62,274 nt of DNA, filler included, from Basidiobolus ranarum (GCA_040143965.1; 7 parts of 7 records of this genome joined end to end with filler, not necessarily neighbours in it); one strand, 5' to 3'. Counted from the whole stretch's first letter, positions 36,562 to 49,881 are shown. The notes: a model not told the origin generated them from the letters alone. Numbers and translations: made by a program.

Positions 36562-38817
36562 ATGTCCAAAGAAATAACCGTCTATATTTTGGAAGTTGGG
36601 CCTAGTATGTGGGAACCGAATGAGCTTGGAAAGCCCACTTACTTAGCCAAAGCTTCTGAGATATTAGAACTTATGTTGCATCCCAAGGTATACTATTCCA
36701 ACATAAACAACTAACTATCACTTCAACCTTCGAATAAACTTGTTATGTGGATACTTTAAACTTACTTCTTATTATTATTGAAAGTTAAGTCATGTTAAGA
36801 AAAGTGAGGAATTCGCATTGGTCCTTTTTGGTACTGACGGTAGGTTTGGTTTATTAAATATTTAAAGGAATTTCACTTCAACCAACTTGTACGAACCTTA
36901 CTTCATTCAGAAACCAGAAATGACCTAGCACTCAACGACGAATATCAACACGTTACAGTAATAAGAAAGCCTAGAAATATTGATCTAAATTTATTATTGT
37001 GTGCAACCACCGAATTACCCAAAGGGAACGCTGAAGCTGATGGTATTCCTTATTTTAGGGTGTAAGTATTCCCTTCAGTGAGATTCCTAACCCAGAGATT
37101 TTCTTTTCAACAAAAATAGCGTTAGATGCGTTAATCGTAGGTATAGACCTGATAGAGCAACACTGTGGTCAACGAAAATTCACCAAACGTATAGTCCTCA
37201 TTACCGGTGCAGAAGTACCCATTAACTTTTCTGATGCTGAAGAAGTATCCAAGCAAATTACCGAAGATGGAATTGAACTGAATATAATGTAAATTCTCCC
37301 ATAATGTTCCCATTTCACTTGATATTCATCTCTTAATGTATCTTCACTCATCATAGTGGTGCTGGATTCGAACCTGAACTTAAAAAATCCAAAACCAAGG
37401 TAACTCTTTCTTTGGACATAATGTAATTCAAATTTCTAATACTTTCTCTCATAGTCACTCAATGAACGCTTTCTAAAAACCTTAGCGGATCGAGTGAATG
37501 GCTCTATATTTGCCATGTCAGAAGCGTTGGATATCCTCTCTGAATATCAAGTCAAGACAGTTCGATCAACCGCAGCTTTTCGCGGATCTTTGTTCTTGGG
37601 GGATCCTAGACTACATCCAGAGACTGCACTCGACATTCCGGTGATTGGATACACACGCACCACTCCCCTATCTCTGCCCAGTGCCAAGAAATGGTCCACT
37701 CTGGCTGATGTAGCGGCTGGTGAGCAACCGAAGACACACGAAGCAACCATGGGTCGAACGTATCAGATTCTTGGTGAAGAAATCCCAGAAGAAGTAACTT
37801 ACTCAGATTTAGAAAAAGCATATCATTATGGTCGTACTTTGGTTCCACTGAAGAAGATCGATGAAGAATTATTAACGTTACCAGCGGAAAAAGGACTCTA
37901 TATCTTGGGCTTCTTTGATGCTACTTACTTTAACAGAGAATGGGAAGCTTCAAATGTGATGACTTTTGCTGCTGCACCGGATAATACACTCGCAAGTAAG
38001 GGGCTATCCTCTTTGATTCACGCAATGTACGAAAAAGACGCGTTTGCATTGGTTAGGTACTGTCGAACAGACAATGGTATTGTGAAGCTGGGAGTATTAA
38101 AGCCCTGTATCAAAGCTGAGTATGAGTGCTTGTACTATGTCAAGGTGAGTGACACATGCGGAGTACCCCCGAAAAGCGGCATTATTAAACATCGTTTATT
38201 AAGGTACCGTTTGCGGAAGATATTAAGCGCGTTACTTTCCCGTCATTGGACTGTGTCAATAAACGAACAGCCAAATCTACGAAAACATTCCCGACACAAG
38301 ACATGTTGGACCGTACCCAAGCGTTCATTGAAAGTATGAATCTTATGAACGCAGATGTTGATAAGGATGGGTAAGGATAAGATTGCAAGCAACATCAAAT
38401 CCAACTCTGACTGAAATCGGTATAAATAGCAAACCTCAAGAAGCCTGTAAGCCAAAAGAAACTTTCAATCCTACTTACCAGCGATTATATCAATGCATAC
38501 GTAAACGCGCTCTAGATCCAGACGCTCCGCTACCTGATATTCCTTCAGATTTATTAAAGCAATTTGAAACGCCATCGATAATCTTGGATAGAGGTCAGTC
38601 AGCCGCTGAAGGACTGAGAGCAGCTTTCGAGGTGCAAAAAGGTATTCTTTTTATTTTGGAAGGTCTCTTCAAATTTCATCATAGTAAGCATTTAATGATA
38701 GTGGAACCAGTCAAACGATGGAAACCAGAGGAGGCACCTCCAATTCCCACAACGACAGTCGATGAAGTTTTGGAGAGGGGAGCAGATAGTGACCTTTCGT
38801 CGTGGGTTTCTATCTAA
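36562..38817 (+). CDS. KU80: Ku80 NHEJ DNA end-binding subunit (vWA + beta-barrel + arm), 9 exons, ~570 aa
   Basis: MSKEITVYILEVGPSM, ALVLFGTDETRNDL, ADALDALIVG, KRIVLIT, KAYHYGRTLVP, LSSLIHAMYE..ALVRY, VPFAEDIK, FNPTYQRLYQCIRKRALDP; eight in-frame GT-AG introns. The exact 3' end is uncertain. Confidence 0.92.
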
Positions 38818-39150
38818 CATTTTCTAATAAAATAATCATTGGTCAGTCAATCCTTGGCAACAATTGCATTACAAATAACAAACTTTGAATGGAATTTTAT
38901 CTCTACTCTAATGTTTATTTGGCCACCTGGCAATGCTTTAAAGGTGATTCCTAGTAAGTAATTTTGGCATGGGGTGTTAATTAGTGGTGATTCCCTATAT
39001 GGGTTCGATTATTGACAAGTTTTAACCAATCTAACACTCAACATGATGGGTGTAAATTTCAGGAGAATTGATTTTGATGGAGATCAAATCTAGGTCAAAT
39101 AGATGACATAGTGTACGAAGTACCTTTTACCAGGTCTGTCTGAATACACA

Positions 39151-41039
39151 ATGGATAGTGACTCGGAATTTACCGATGCCCAAGAATACATTCAGCCTTC
39201 TGTCAAAGAATCGACTGCTGATAAGGAGGTATCGGTTCAATCTCCTACGACTCTATCATTGAACGGTGATAAGCAAATAGAAATTAACCACCCTCATTCT
39301 TACGATTCCGAACATTCTTTTCCCCAATCCGACCTAGAGGTTCAACAAAATGGACACCATCTAGAAGATAGTCATGATGTCAATGTTGATATTAAACCTA
39401 TCCCCAATCTTATTGACTTTGAAATGGAATCAGATAGTGCCATATCTCTTGCGGGGAAGCTCTCTCCTCCAAAGGATTCCTACAAAACCTTGGCTGATTT
39501 TGAGTTTACGGAAATGGAAACGAATCCTAATACATTCCATACAAACGACCTTCTTGCTGAATTCGATAACTTTCATTTGGGTCAGAAGTTGGATACTACT
39601 GATCTTATTGGAGAATTTGATGATTTTGAGAGCAAAGGCAATTTTTCGGAGATAAAATCCGACGAATCTCCCGTTTTAAAAACAGATGCTTTGATTCCTC
39701 AAGAAGATATTGTTGAACCATGTACTCTGGAAAGGGATTTAGAAGACACTCAGCAAGATTTTCAAGATACCTCTGATAGCATGATCCAACTGGAAAAACG
39801 CGACATTGAAAATGGATTAGAAAACGACGAGAACGGTGATCATAAAGATAGCTTTGACGATTTTGATGAACCATCATTTAATGATGCTGAGAATTTTGGA
39901 GACGAATTCAATGGATTTGACGAACAGGTCAACCATTCTGGGGAGGAGTTTGGAGACGACTTTAATGATGATTTTTCTAATATGAATCACGACGATTTCA
40001 ATGACTTTGGTGATGATTTTGACGACTTTGCTGAAGCAAGCCCTATCCCTAGGATAGATGATACACCTCTGGTATGACCTAATGATGTAAGAATGATAGT
40101 TTTATCTGGTTTTAATGACTTCACCCCTTTGGATAGTCTGGATTGCTTTCTAATGACCCCGAGCTGGCTAAGAATACGGTGACCAAAATACTGGGAGGGA
40201 TTTTTGAAACCTCGCCAGAGAACTTGACAGTAGACACAACGGAAACCAAAGAAAGGTATTTGTGCAGCTTTTGTCACTGGTATAGAGTTTATTATTAAGT
40301 TGAATTTAGGCACAGGTTGTGGAGTGCTGTCATTGAACAAAAGGCCAATTCAAACGGCAAGAGTATGGAGCCATTTGAATGGATCCGTTCACAAATACGA
40401 CGTGATTTTCTGATCTCACTTAACATTCCCATCAATTTGGACGAGGTATGATATTGCCATATATAACCCGATACGAATACCAATACATATTGAGATGTTG
40501 TGATTAGATATATACGCGAAGAGCTTCTGTACTGAAGATTGATACGCCTGCAGTTCATCCTGGAAGCGGACCGACAGATGAGTTTGATATTGCCATGGCT
40601 AGGTCCTTGTGTAACCTATCAGAAGGTCAGTTTGTTTATCAACTGGACCACATGCAATTCAAACCAACCTTTAATTACAGAGACGATTCGTGACTACCCA
40701 ATCAATGATCTTATTTCCCTTCTGGATCAACTTACTTCGTTATCAAAGCAAACCAACTCGTACTTTGATTTCTGGATCAAGCAACAAGAAAAGGTCAAGG
40801 CTGAAGCTGAAGCCATTCATAAGACGATTGAATGCATGGCACTCCATGCCCAAAAGAATCGAGACAAACAATCCGGAGAGTCCAAATGTACGTGTTAATA
40901 ATATTCTCTTAAGATCTTTGTCTCACTCAACTTCATTAATTCTCCAGGGTTCAAGAAGCGAATCTCTGGTATATCGAAGGGCACATCTCCGAGAAACTCC
41001 TCCTCAATCGATGTTTCCCGAAGAAGACTCTCCATGTGA
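39151..41039 (+). CDS. Laa2-like (YBL010C / DUF5102) acidic AP-1 clathrin-adaptor accessory protein, multi-exon
   Basis: Long acidic N-terminus with FDDF/FGDDF/FNDF gamma-ear-type motifs; conserved FEWIRSQIRRDFLISLNIPINLDE block; C-terminal coiled coil AEAIHKTIECMALHAQK; spliced stop TGA at 41037-41039. Confidence 0.7.
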
Positions 41040-41458
41040 AAGCACTCCAAGCCTCCTCCTTAGTCATCTCTTTGTTGTCGCCTCTTGTAGATTGCCTTTC
41101 ATTGGTCCCTATATGAAATTCCTACTCAATTCCTCTATTTATATTCTTCTCTTACACCCACTACAATCAATCATCAAAACTAATAAATATAGATCGTTCA
41201 GAGTCTTTTCAAATATAGATTCTATTGAATCCATATATGCATATAGAGTTGCTTGCTTTATAATCTTACTACTATTTGTTCCGAATAGTCTATTCCAAGA
41301 TGACTAAGCTATCAGAATGTATTAATAATCTATCTAGGATGCCGCAATTTACTAGAAAAAATTGAAATCAGGCCCGGTCACATGACAGGTAGAGAAGATA
41401 TTGCGTTTGTTAAAAGATTGACTTGGTAGTTTGCATTCAACTAGCATAACCCCCCAAC

Positions 41459-42868
41459 ATGACTTCCCGTATACTATTACCTAAAGCTCTTAAACCTTTA
41501 CTTCCGTTTACTTCTAGTAAACAATGTTTCAGAGCATTGCCAACGCTTAGTCAAAAGTTTGGAACGGTTACTGAGGCGCCTAGAACACGTATCTCCAAAT
41601 TAGCCAATGGCTTTACCGTTGCAACAGAATCCATTCCTACTGCTCAAACAGCCACAGTAGGTGTTTGGATTGATGCTGGAAGTCGTGCAGAAAACTCCAA
41701 AAACAATGGCACTGCCCATTTCTTAGAGCACATGGCTTTCAAAGGAACTCAAAGACGTACTCAACGTGAGTTGGAAGTTATGATTGAAAATATGGGTGGA
41801 CATCTTAATGCTTATACTTCACGTGAACAAACTGTATACTATGCCAAGACTTTCAAATCAGATCTTCCTGCCGCTGTAGATATATTGTCGGATATTTTGT
41901 TGAATTCCACTTTGAATTCGGGTGCGGTTGAACGTGAAAGAGATGTAATTGTCAGAGAGCAAGAAGAGGTTGATAAAATAATGGAAGAAGTGGTTTTTGA
42001 TCACCTTCATGCTACTGCCTTCCAAAAGCACTCACTTGGTAGAACCATCCTTGGTCCTAAGGAAAATATTTTATCTATCAAAAGAGACGATCTTGTTAAT
42101 TATATCTCAACTAACTATAAAGCGGATCGTATGGTATTAGTTGGTGCTGGTGGTGTTGATCATGAGGAACTAGTATCTCTTGCTGAAAAGCATTTCTCTT
42201 CACTATCGAGCTCTGCAGGTCCACGTCCAGAATCGAAAAAACCCACATTTGTCGGGTCAGAAATTAAACTCCCAGACAATAGTACAGCACAAGCCCATAT
42301 CGCTTTGGCTGTAGAGGGAGTTGGATGGTCATCCCCTGACTATTACCCTATGTTGATTTTGCAATCTATTATTGGTAGTTGGGATCGTTCTTTGAGCACA
42401 CCCTCTGGCTCATCATTCCGTCTTTCCTCTGTAGTCGCCGCCAAACAACTAGCCAACTCTTTCATGTCATTCAATACTTCTTACTCGGATACTGGTCTAT
42501 TTGGAATCTACATGATATCCGAAAATAAAGACAAACTTGATGAATTGGTATTCACTGCGCAAAAGGAGTGGTCCCGTCTCAGAGCTACCGTAACCGATGC
42601 TGAGGTGGAACGCGCCAAGCAACAACTTAAAGCAGCACTTTTGTTGAATCTTGATGGTAGTACCGCTATCGCTGAGGATATTGGCAGACAATTGATCACC
42701 ATGAACAAGAGAGTGGAGCCTAAAGAAGTCGAAACCACCATCAATAGCATTACAGGGGATGATGTTCGTCGTATAGCTCAACAATATCTCTATGATCGGG
42801 ATGTGGCGGTAGTTGGATTGGGCCCAGTTGACAAACTCCCAGAATACAGTCAAATTCGGATCAATTAA
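41459..42868 (+). CDS. MAS1: Mitochondrial processing peptidase beta subunit / complex III core 1 (peptidase M16), intronless
   Basis: Basic mitochondrial presequence; VGVWIDAGSRAE, zinc motif HFLEH, LNAYTSREQT, FNTSYSDTGLFG, AEDIGRQ. Confidence 0.93.
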   Translation: MTSRILLPKALKPLLPFTSSKQCFRALPTLSQKFGTVTEAPRTRISKLANGFTVATESIPTAQTATVGVWIDAGSRAENSKNNGTAHFLEHMAFKGTQRRTQRELEVMIENMGGHLNAYTSREQTVYYAKTFKSDLPAAVDILSDILLNSTLNSGAVERERDVIVREQEEVDKIMEEVVFDHLHATAFQKHSLGRTILGPKENILSIKRDDLVNYISTNYKADRMVLVGAGGVDHEELVSLAEKHFSSLSSSAGPRPESKKPTFVGSEIKLPDNSTAQAHIALAVEGVGWSSPDYYPMLILQSIIGSWDRSLSTPSGSSFRLSSVVAAKQLANSFMSFNTSYSDTGLFGIYMISENKDKLDELVFTAQKEWSRLRATVTDAEVERAKQQLKAALLLNLDGSTAIAEDIGRQLITMNKRVEPKEVETTINSITGDDVRRIAQQYLYDRDVAVVGLGPVDKLPEYSQIRIN

Positions 42869-43288
42869 ATAGACTAGCAAACGTTCAGTACACAGCACAC
42901 ACACTTTCACCACCACATTCATTCATCTGATTTCCCAAGAATAAATTTGATCGCTTAGTATCAATATTTCTCATTCCAAGTTCCAATATAAACATTATAT
43001 GTAATGATGAATTTATTGAATCAGAAATCTTTCTAAAGTTACATGTTTTAAGTAAATCCGATCATATCCTTTAAAAGGAGTAAATATAGTGGGGGGAGGG
43101 GAGAAAGGAAGTAAAAAAGAATAAGTTTGCATTCGCAAGGAAAAGCTATGGAACAAAATTATAAAAGTTAGGTATATATTGGCCAACAATAACTAGTATG
43201 AGTCAAGGAGAATAGACAAAAACTCATGGAGTAAGAGCGTAGGCACGGGCCTGAGCAATACCAAATGTTGGCTTTTATCAAAGTGTTA

Positions 43289-44493
43289 TTAACCAAAGCC
43301 AAACCCGGTGTTGCACTCTTGAATGGCTATTAGGGTGTTTGAACGTAATTGTTCGTAACTTTCATACTGCGGGAGGTCAAGTTGATTGAAGCTGTAGATG
43401 TATAGGATAGGATTTGGGTCAGTAGCATTCTATTAAAAATCTCCATGTAAACGATAAACTTACCAAGTGTGGGCGGAAGGAAGGCGATGTGTGGAGGAAG
43501 GATCTTTGTGGATTTGGAACTTCTGGACTCCGTTCACCCCTTGCAACGAACTGAATCCCTCAAGGGGTACTTTGGATGTGCCGGTGACAAACTGAATAAG
43601 CTTCGCCCTTTCTTCTTGATCAAAACTACGAACAGCTCGCCAGAACCATTGGATCTGAGGGGAAGAGGTGGTGTATCCTTGATATTCGGTATTATTCTTC
43701 CAATCATCCACATCAATATCGGGCATTCCAGAAATAAGTAATTCAAGTTCTTGCTCGTTAAATATACTGATCAGTTGAGGGGAGATGATTTCATGGAAGC
43801 CGACAAGGAAATTGTCGATCTGGTCCTTGATTGCCAAGGTGAGTTTTTGCTCAGTGACTAGCTTGACGTACTCGTACTTGTTTTCTTCAGTGACAGGAAT
43901 GTCTCGGCCATTGGGTTTGAGATCTATGACTTTCATTTTACCAAAGTCATCTGCTTCAATGCAAAAGGTTAAATCAATAATATCGGTGATATCGTTCTCA
44001 AGCATCCACACCAAACTCTTGAAATATTCTGGATCAAGAGCTTCAACATCTTTGTAATCCACATCCTTTCCAAGGATATGTTTGTAGAAGGAGCGAGTGA
44101 AGTAACAATCAAGAAGTCTACCGTCATAGATGGCTTTTCCAATAACTCTACCCACAAACTTGAAATAGAGGAGATGATCGGGATTTACCCAGGAGGCTCT
44201 ATTAGGTTGGTAGGTGACTTTGTCGACGGCAGAGGATTTGAACAATGCATAATCAGGGTTGAACATTTGACGAGAAAGTACTTGGAACCACTCGCGAGTA
44301 ACTCCTCCAGCATCAACACCCTCTTCATCATAGAATCGAACACTCAGTTTGCCATTCTTGACTTCATCTCCACCCCTACCCTGTAGTTGATGGAATGAAT
44401 CCTCAAATACGTATTGACGGCGAACATTCAACTGAAGAGTACCATAATGTTCTCGAGTGCTGCTTCGTTTATGTAACTGTTGATTGAAGTAAT
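43289..44493 (-). CDS. TOM1: HECT E3 ubiquitin ligase, Tom1/Ptr1/HUWE1 type, 3' end only (5' truncated by contig end)
   Basis: [49 protein letters not shown]. The catalytic Cys codon is split TG|C by an intron starting at 43463; the last exon reads [13 protein letters not shown]...GFGFG*. Confidence 0.93.
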
Positions 44494-44593
44494 NNNNNNN
44501 NNNNNNNNNNNNNNNNNNNNNNNNNNNNNNNNNNNNNTTAATTAATTAANNNNNNNNNNNNNNNNNNNNNNNNNNNNNNNNNNNNNNNNNNNN
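44494..44593. other. Artificial contig-joining spacer
   Basis: N44-TTAATTAATTAA-N44. Confidence 0.99.
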
Positions 44594-46273
44594 AAGATCT
44601 AACCAAAGGAAATAAAGATGATACACGTATCGAGATCTCCGAATACTCGACGGTCGAAACTAGAGCAGGAAAGGTGAAATCATTTATAAAGAAATTGGTC
44701 TCTTTCTTAGGACCTGGTTACAGTGAGTTTCATTTAGAATGGATTCATGTGTACGACTTACAGCTAACATGATGCCTACTTAGTGATTGCCGTGGGCTAT
44801 ATGGATCCAGGGAATTGGGCTACTGATCTATCGGGTAATGTGAAGCTGTTCTAACATCCATTATTAACACCAAGAACTAACCATATCCCTCTAATGAAGG
44901 TGGTTCGCAATTCGGATACTCTTTACTCTTTGTAATCTTGGTGTCCAACGTCATGGCAGTTGTTCTTCAGTCACTGGCTGTGCGTCTAGGAGTTGTAACT
45001 GGTTGCGGTAAGTTTCCAGGCCCCTACATTCACATAAGAATCATCTGGCTCAATTGCATTGCTCTTCTACCATACAGATCTAGCTCAAGCTTGTAAGAAG
45101 TACTATCCAAAATGGGTGAATGTATGTCTGTACCTCTTGTGTGAAGTAGCCATCATTGCATGTGACTTGGCGGAAGTAATCGGGTCCGCGATAGCATTGC
45201 AGATGTTATTTGGTCTACCGTTGGTTTGGGGAGTGGTGATCACTACACTAGATGTATTTCTAATTCTTTTGGCCAATCGAAGTGATTCTAAGTTAGCGAG
45301 TCGATTTTTCGAGGGATTTATCTTTCTGTTGGTCATGGGAGTTGGTGTCTGCTTCATCATTCAATTGGTTTATGTTCAACCGATCTTCACTCAGGTGATG
45401 TTGGGATTCTTACCCACTCCCGAAATACTAACCAATAGTAAAGAATTATATGTGGCGATTGGTATCGTAGGTGCTACCGTGATGCCGCATAACTTATATC
45501 TCCACTCTCATATTGTTAAATTACGCTCCCCTAATTCCAATACAACCGAACCAATTCAGAGTCAAAAAGAGTTAAACAAATCCGTCCAAAGCTCCCTTAC
45601 ATTCTCCATTGTGGATTGTATTCTGGCTTTGACATTTGCATTGTTTGTTAATTCAGCTATTTTAGTGGTGGCCGGTGGAGCGTTTCATAATAATGCCAAG
45701 GTGGAAGTGGCTGATCTATTCGATGCCCAGAGGTTACTGACTGAAACCATGGGTTCGGTTGCCGGTATGGCATTCGCTTTGGCACTACTACTTTCTGGTC
45801 AAAGCTCAACCATTACTGGGACTATGGCTGGTCAAATCATCATGGAGGGTTTTCTTGGATTGACCATTCGACCTTGGTTACGTAGACTCGTCACCCGAGG
45901 TTTAGCCATCATTCCAGCTATGGCTGTGGCGATACTATTTGGCTCCAAAGGCATGAACCAGGTACTAATTGGATCCCAGGTGATATTAAGTCTTCAATTA
46001 CCTTTCGCAGTGATACCGTTGGTCATGTTTACCGGTAACAAGAAGGTGATGAAAGTACCATTTATCGAGAAGAATGAAGAGTTTGAGATCAACACCATAT
46101 CCAGTGAAAATGAAAATCAAACGGCTAAAGATCACGACGATATGTTCGACGATAGTGAGAAAACCTTCGCAAGTAACACTTTAATGAAGATACTCAGTTG
46201 GTTGATTGCCATAATTATCGTCGGTTTAAATGGCTTCTTGCTAGTAGAAACTGCCCGGGGTGCCACGCTCTAA
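44594..46273 (+). CDS. NRAMP/SMF divalent metal (Mn/Fe) transporter, 5' truncated, at least 4 exons
   Basis: [85 protein letters not shown]. Confidence 0.95.
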
Positions 46274-46874
46274 TGTATAATGAGACTACGACTAATGGTT
46301 CTGTGGAAAACACTGGACTAACTAGTGCCTGTAACCTCTAAACCCATGAATTATACCCAACCATATCTATATTCTCTCGTTTCAGGTAAACTTACTAAGA
46401 TGGTTTTCGGAGTAAACTTGGTTGATTTAATAAAAATCCATCAATATGCCCATATTCTAAGAGATATTCTTATCCATTATTCTAACTCTTGTGGTGGCTT
46501 AGTAGCATTTGGAGATGCAATGATTCCGAAAGCCTGGGGGAATTTTCATTGGTGTTACCTAAAATCATAGGCAATCCTTGAAAATACATGATTTTCCGGA
46601 TGGTTGGGATTTAGTAATGATTTCCAAATGCTGCACTAGTGGAGTAATGTATACGATTTAGAGAGGACAAACGAGATATTTGTCATAGTTGCATGAAATT
46701 TATCATCTATTCTTAATAATTTATCAGCTGTGCAATGGTTGAATACATCCTCAAGGGTTTCACAGACACAAATAAAAATCCAATGATGACTTCAGTAGTA
46801 AACGTACATGTATTATTATATGCCCAAAATGATATGTTTACTTCACCACCTGTGGGATTCAGCGAGTTTCATAT

Positions 46875-48634
46875 TTAGAATGCGGCGGCAATTCCTCTCT
46901 TTCGGGAATCAGAGGCTGCATTGAAATATCCATTTGGCAGTCTAGCAACTGCCTGGACAACACATTGTGTAGTGGCCAATCTAGTGACGTTGTGACCGCG
47001 TGATTCCAAAGACTTTACAAAACGCTCAGCATATTGTGGCTCTACGGTTACTTGGTTAGGCATTAATTGGTGATGGGCGCGGGGAGCAGCAACTGCTTTA
47101 TCAACACTAGTAGAGAAATCGTATATGCTGAGAATCATTTGAATTGTTGCAGTGGTTATGTAACTACCACCACTAGCACCGACCGCTAAAGAAGGATATC
47201 CATCGGTCTCTACAATGGTTGGTGACATGGAGGAGAGTGGACGTTTGCCAGGCTGAATAAAGTTGGCTGCCGATGGAAGGTATCCAAATGCATTCACCAA
47301 TCCTGGGGTAGAAAAATCGTCCATCTCATTGTTGAAAATGATCCCAGTTTCACGATCTAGAACTTTGGAGCCAAATTCAAGATTAATGGTGGTAGTCAAA
47401 GCAACTGCTCCACCTTCTTTATCCATGGTTGATAAATGAGTGGTACCGGGGGTATCTTTCTGCTGATAGTTTGGTTGATAATATTCTACTGGGAAAGTTT
47501 TGGAATTCGAGATGTTATGACGTCTCAGAGCCCCTTGATCCTTGGATAACATTTCCGCGATCTTGGCTGTCGTATTGACGAAATCTGGATCCCCGAGATA
47601 TGTACGCTGAGCATACCCATACTTGAACGATTCGATAATTCGATGAAGGTTAAGATAATTTAGCTTATCAAGGGCAATATTGTATCCTTCAAGGGTATTT
47701 AGTGCTGAAATGACGACTGAGCCACTAGCAGGTGGAGGTGCAGCAATAACTTTATGGCCGTGGTAATAGCCTACAAGTGGAGGCTTTGATAAAGCTTGGT
47801 ATGAACTAAGATCATCCAAAGTAATTATTCCGCCTGCTTTTTGAACCGCATTCACGATGAGATTAGCGAGTTTTCCCTTATAAAATGCATCGGGACCATT
47901 TCGAGCAATCAACTCCAATGTGTCTGCAAACCGAGGTCTCTTTACCAATTCCCCGGCTTTCAAGATTTCTCCGCGAGGTGCATAAATTTCCCTGAAAGCT
48001 GTGTTGTTCAAAATCAAATCTTTATGAACTTGTAATTTGATTGCCAATTGTTCGGTGGCTGGGAAACCGTTACGCGAGAGTTGAATCGCTGGTTGAAACA
48101 ATTTTTCCCATGAAATACGACCATATTTCTTATGAGCTAATTCGAAGCCTCGTATTTCTCCGGGTATGCCGATCGCTAAACCCCCCAGCTGGGAGGCACC
48201 AGGCTTATTCTTAAACATTTCAGTGGACGCACCGGCTGGGGCCGACTCTCTGAAGTTAATGAAGTCTACTGTACCGTTACTGGAACGAATAGTCATGAAA
48301 CCACCACCACCGATACCCGATGAGAAACTATTACCGGAACCAAGACATAATGCAGTTGCAATAGCAGCATCAATAGCATTACCACGACTCTTCAAAATTT
48401 GCACACCCGCCTCGGAACATATTTGTGAATCAGCAGCGACAGCACCATTGTGCCCGGTAGCTAAATGAACCTTTCCAACTGAAGGAGCCTCTTTGACTGA
48501 TCAACCAAAGAGCTGTTAGTATGACTGGTAAATAGAACATAAGTAGTAAAAATTCACTTGCTTGGAGCACTGACGACAACACTGGCAGAAGTACATGCTA
48601 GAAGCAACCAGGCGATTTTAGTAGTGGCCACCAT
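46875..48634 (-). CDS. Gamma-glutamyltranspeptidase with signal peptide, 2 exons
   Basis: Exon 1 MVATTKIAWLLLACTSASVVVSAP (48634-48562). Exon 2 from 48496 has GAVAAD, GNAIDAAIA, SGIGGGGF, NFRESAP, catalytic TTHLS, NNEMDDFS, PGKRPLSSMSPT, GASGGS. Confidence 0.95.
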
Positions 48635-49881
48635 TGGATTGACTACAGAAAACGATGAGGATAGAGATAGATAACTTGACCCTAGGCAAAATCTACCTGA
48701 TTTATATCTGAAACGAGAGTCAATATATTCCCGCCGAAGGCACAGTTCCCAACCAAGGAGTGAATGAAATGAAATGCTTGGACTGATCAGTAGGTGTCAC
48801 AATATCCAGCAAATGAGCAACATCATCTAATCTGTCATGTAATTGGCTTGCATTATCTCACGACTCTCTTTAATCTCGAAAAAACCGTTTGACTAGGTGA
48901 GCTACGTGTGCCATCAATTGAGTGAATTGCGAAAAATGATCAGACGACTCTGTACTGCTTGATCAGGAAGATTGCGAGGAAATAGATACACTGGGGTTGT
49001 GAGATAGGTAGCATGGTGCTACGATTCAGAGTACACTGCGTCAACCACGAATTAACAAGTTCATTTGGAGCTGTGTGCAAGCCGCTCTTGATCTACTGTG
49101 ATGGTAGCAATGGGATTTATTCCCAGTGATTCCAAAACTCAAGTAATTTTCGCTGTGAAACCAAGAGTGGGTAGAATGTAGATTGCTTCTAGCCACCCAA
49201 CCATTGGATCTGCCTCAACGCTATATGGTTTCTAGGTTGTGTATCACCATGCACCTCAAAGTGAGGAAATTCCAATAATTTTGGTCATGAGAAGAATCGA
49301 TCCGTCAACCTATATCAAGCTCTTTGGTAGTGTTTAAGATGAGACCATTTGCCGTCCACAGACAGAAGTAGGCATACACGCCCACCTATTGTTTAGACTT
49401 GGACAAACATCACTCTCCTCCTATCCAACCATAGATAATGCCATCACGCAAACATATGAGGTATTTTTATCGTACCAAACTGAAACATCCTGGTTGTGGA
49501 CTAGTTCGAACATGATTTGTGATTGTGGTTTATCTAATCATCATAGCCGTTAGCTTCCGTAACAAACCTTAAAACTCATATGGCAAAACATCCAGTCATG
49601 ATTCCACCAGTGACGATTAATCACATCAGAAACGTACTCGATCAAAATTCATCACGGTTGATCAGACGTTTGTGGTTTAGCAAGTAGCAGTATGTCATCA
49701 TGAACGAACGAGAAAATTTTACTGTCTAGCACAGCTAGGGTTCTTCCTATAGCTCGCAAGCTAATGCAGAAACGAAAAGTGGGCTCTCTTCAAAAATGGA
49801 CTATGACTGAGCTCGGAAAGTAAGAGAATATCAATCTAATGAAATACATTTATTTGCTTAATATGGCACATGAAGAGTTGT

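Noticed and set aside
40690-41307. 205-aa ORF as a separate gene
   Set aside because: Alternate frame across the last exons, intron and 3' UTR of the Laa2-like gene; no recognisable domain.
44594-48634. NRAMP + GGT (+ OPT) as a metal/glutathione gene cluster
   Set aside because: OPT is on a different contig; NRAMP and GGT are merely convergent neighbours with no evidence of co-regulation.
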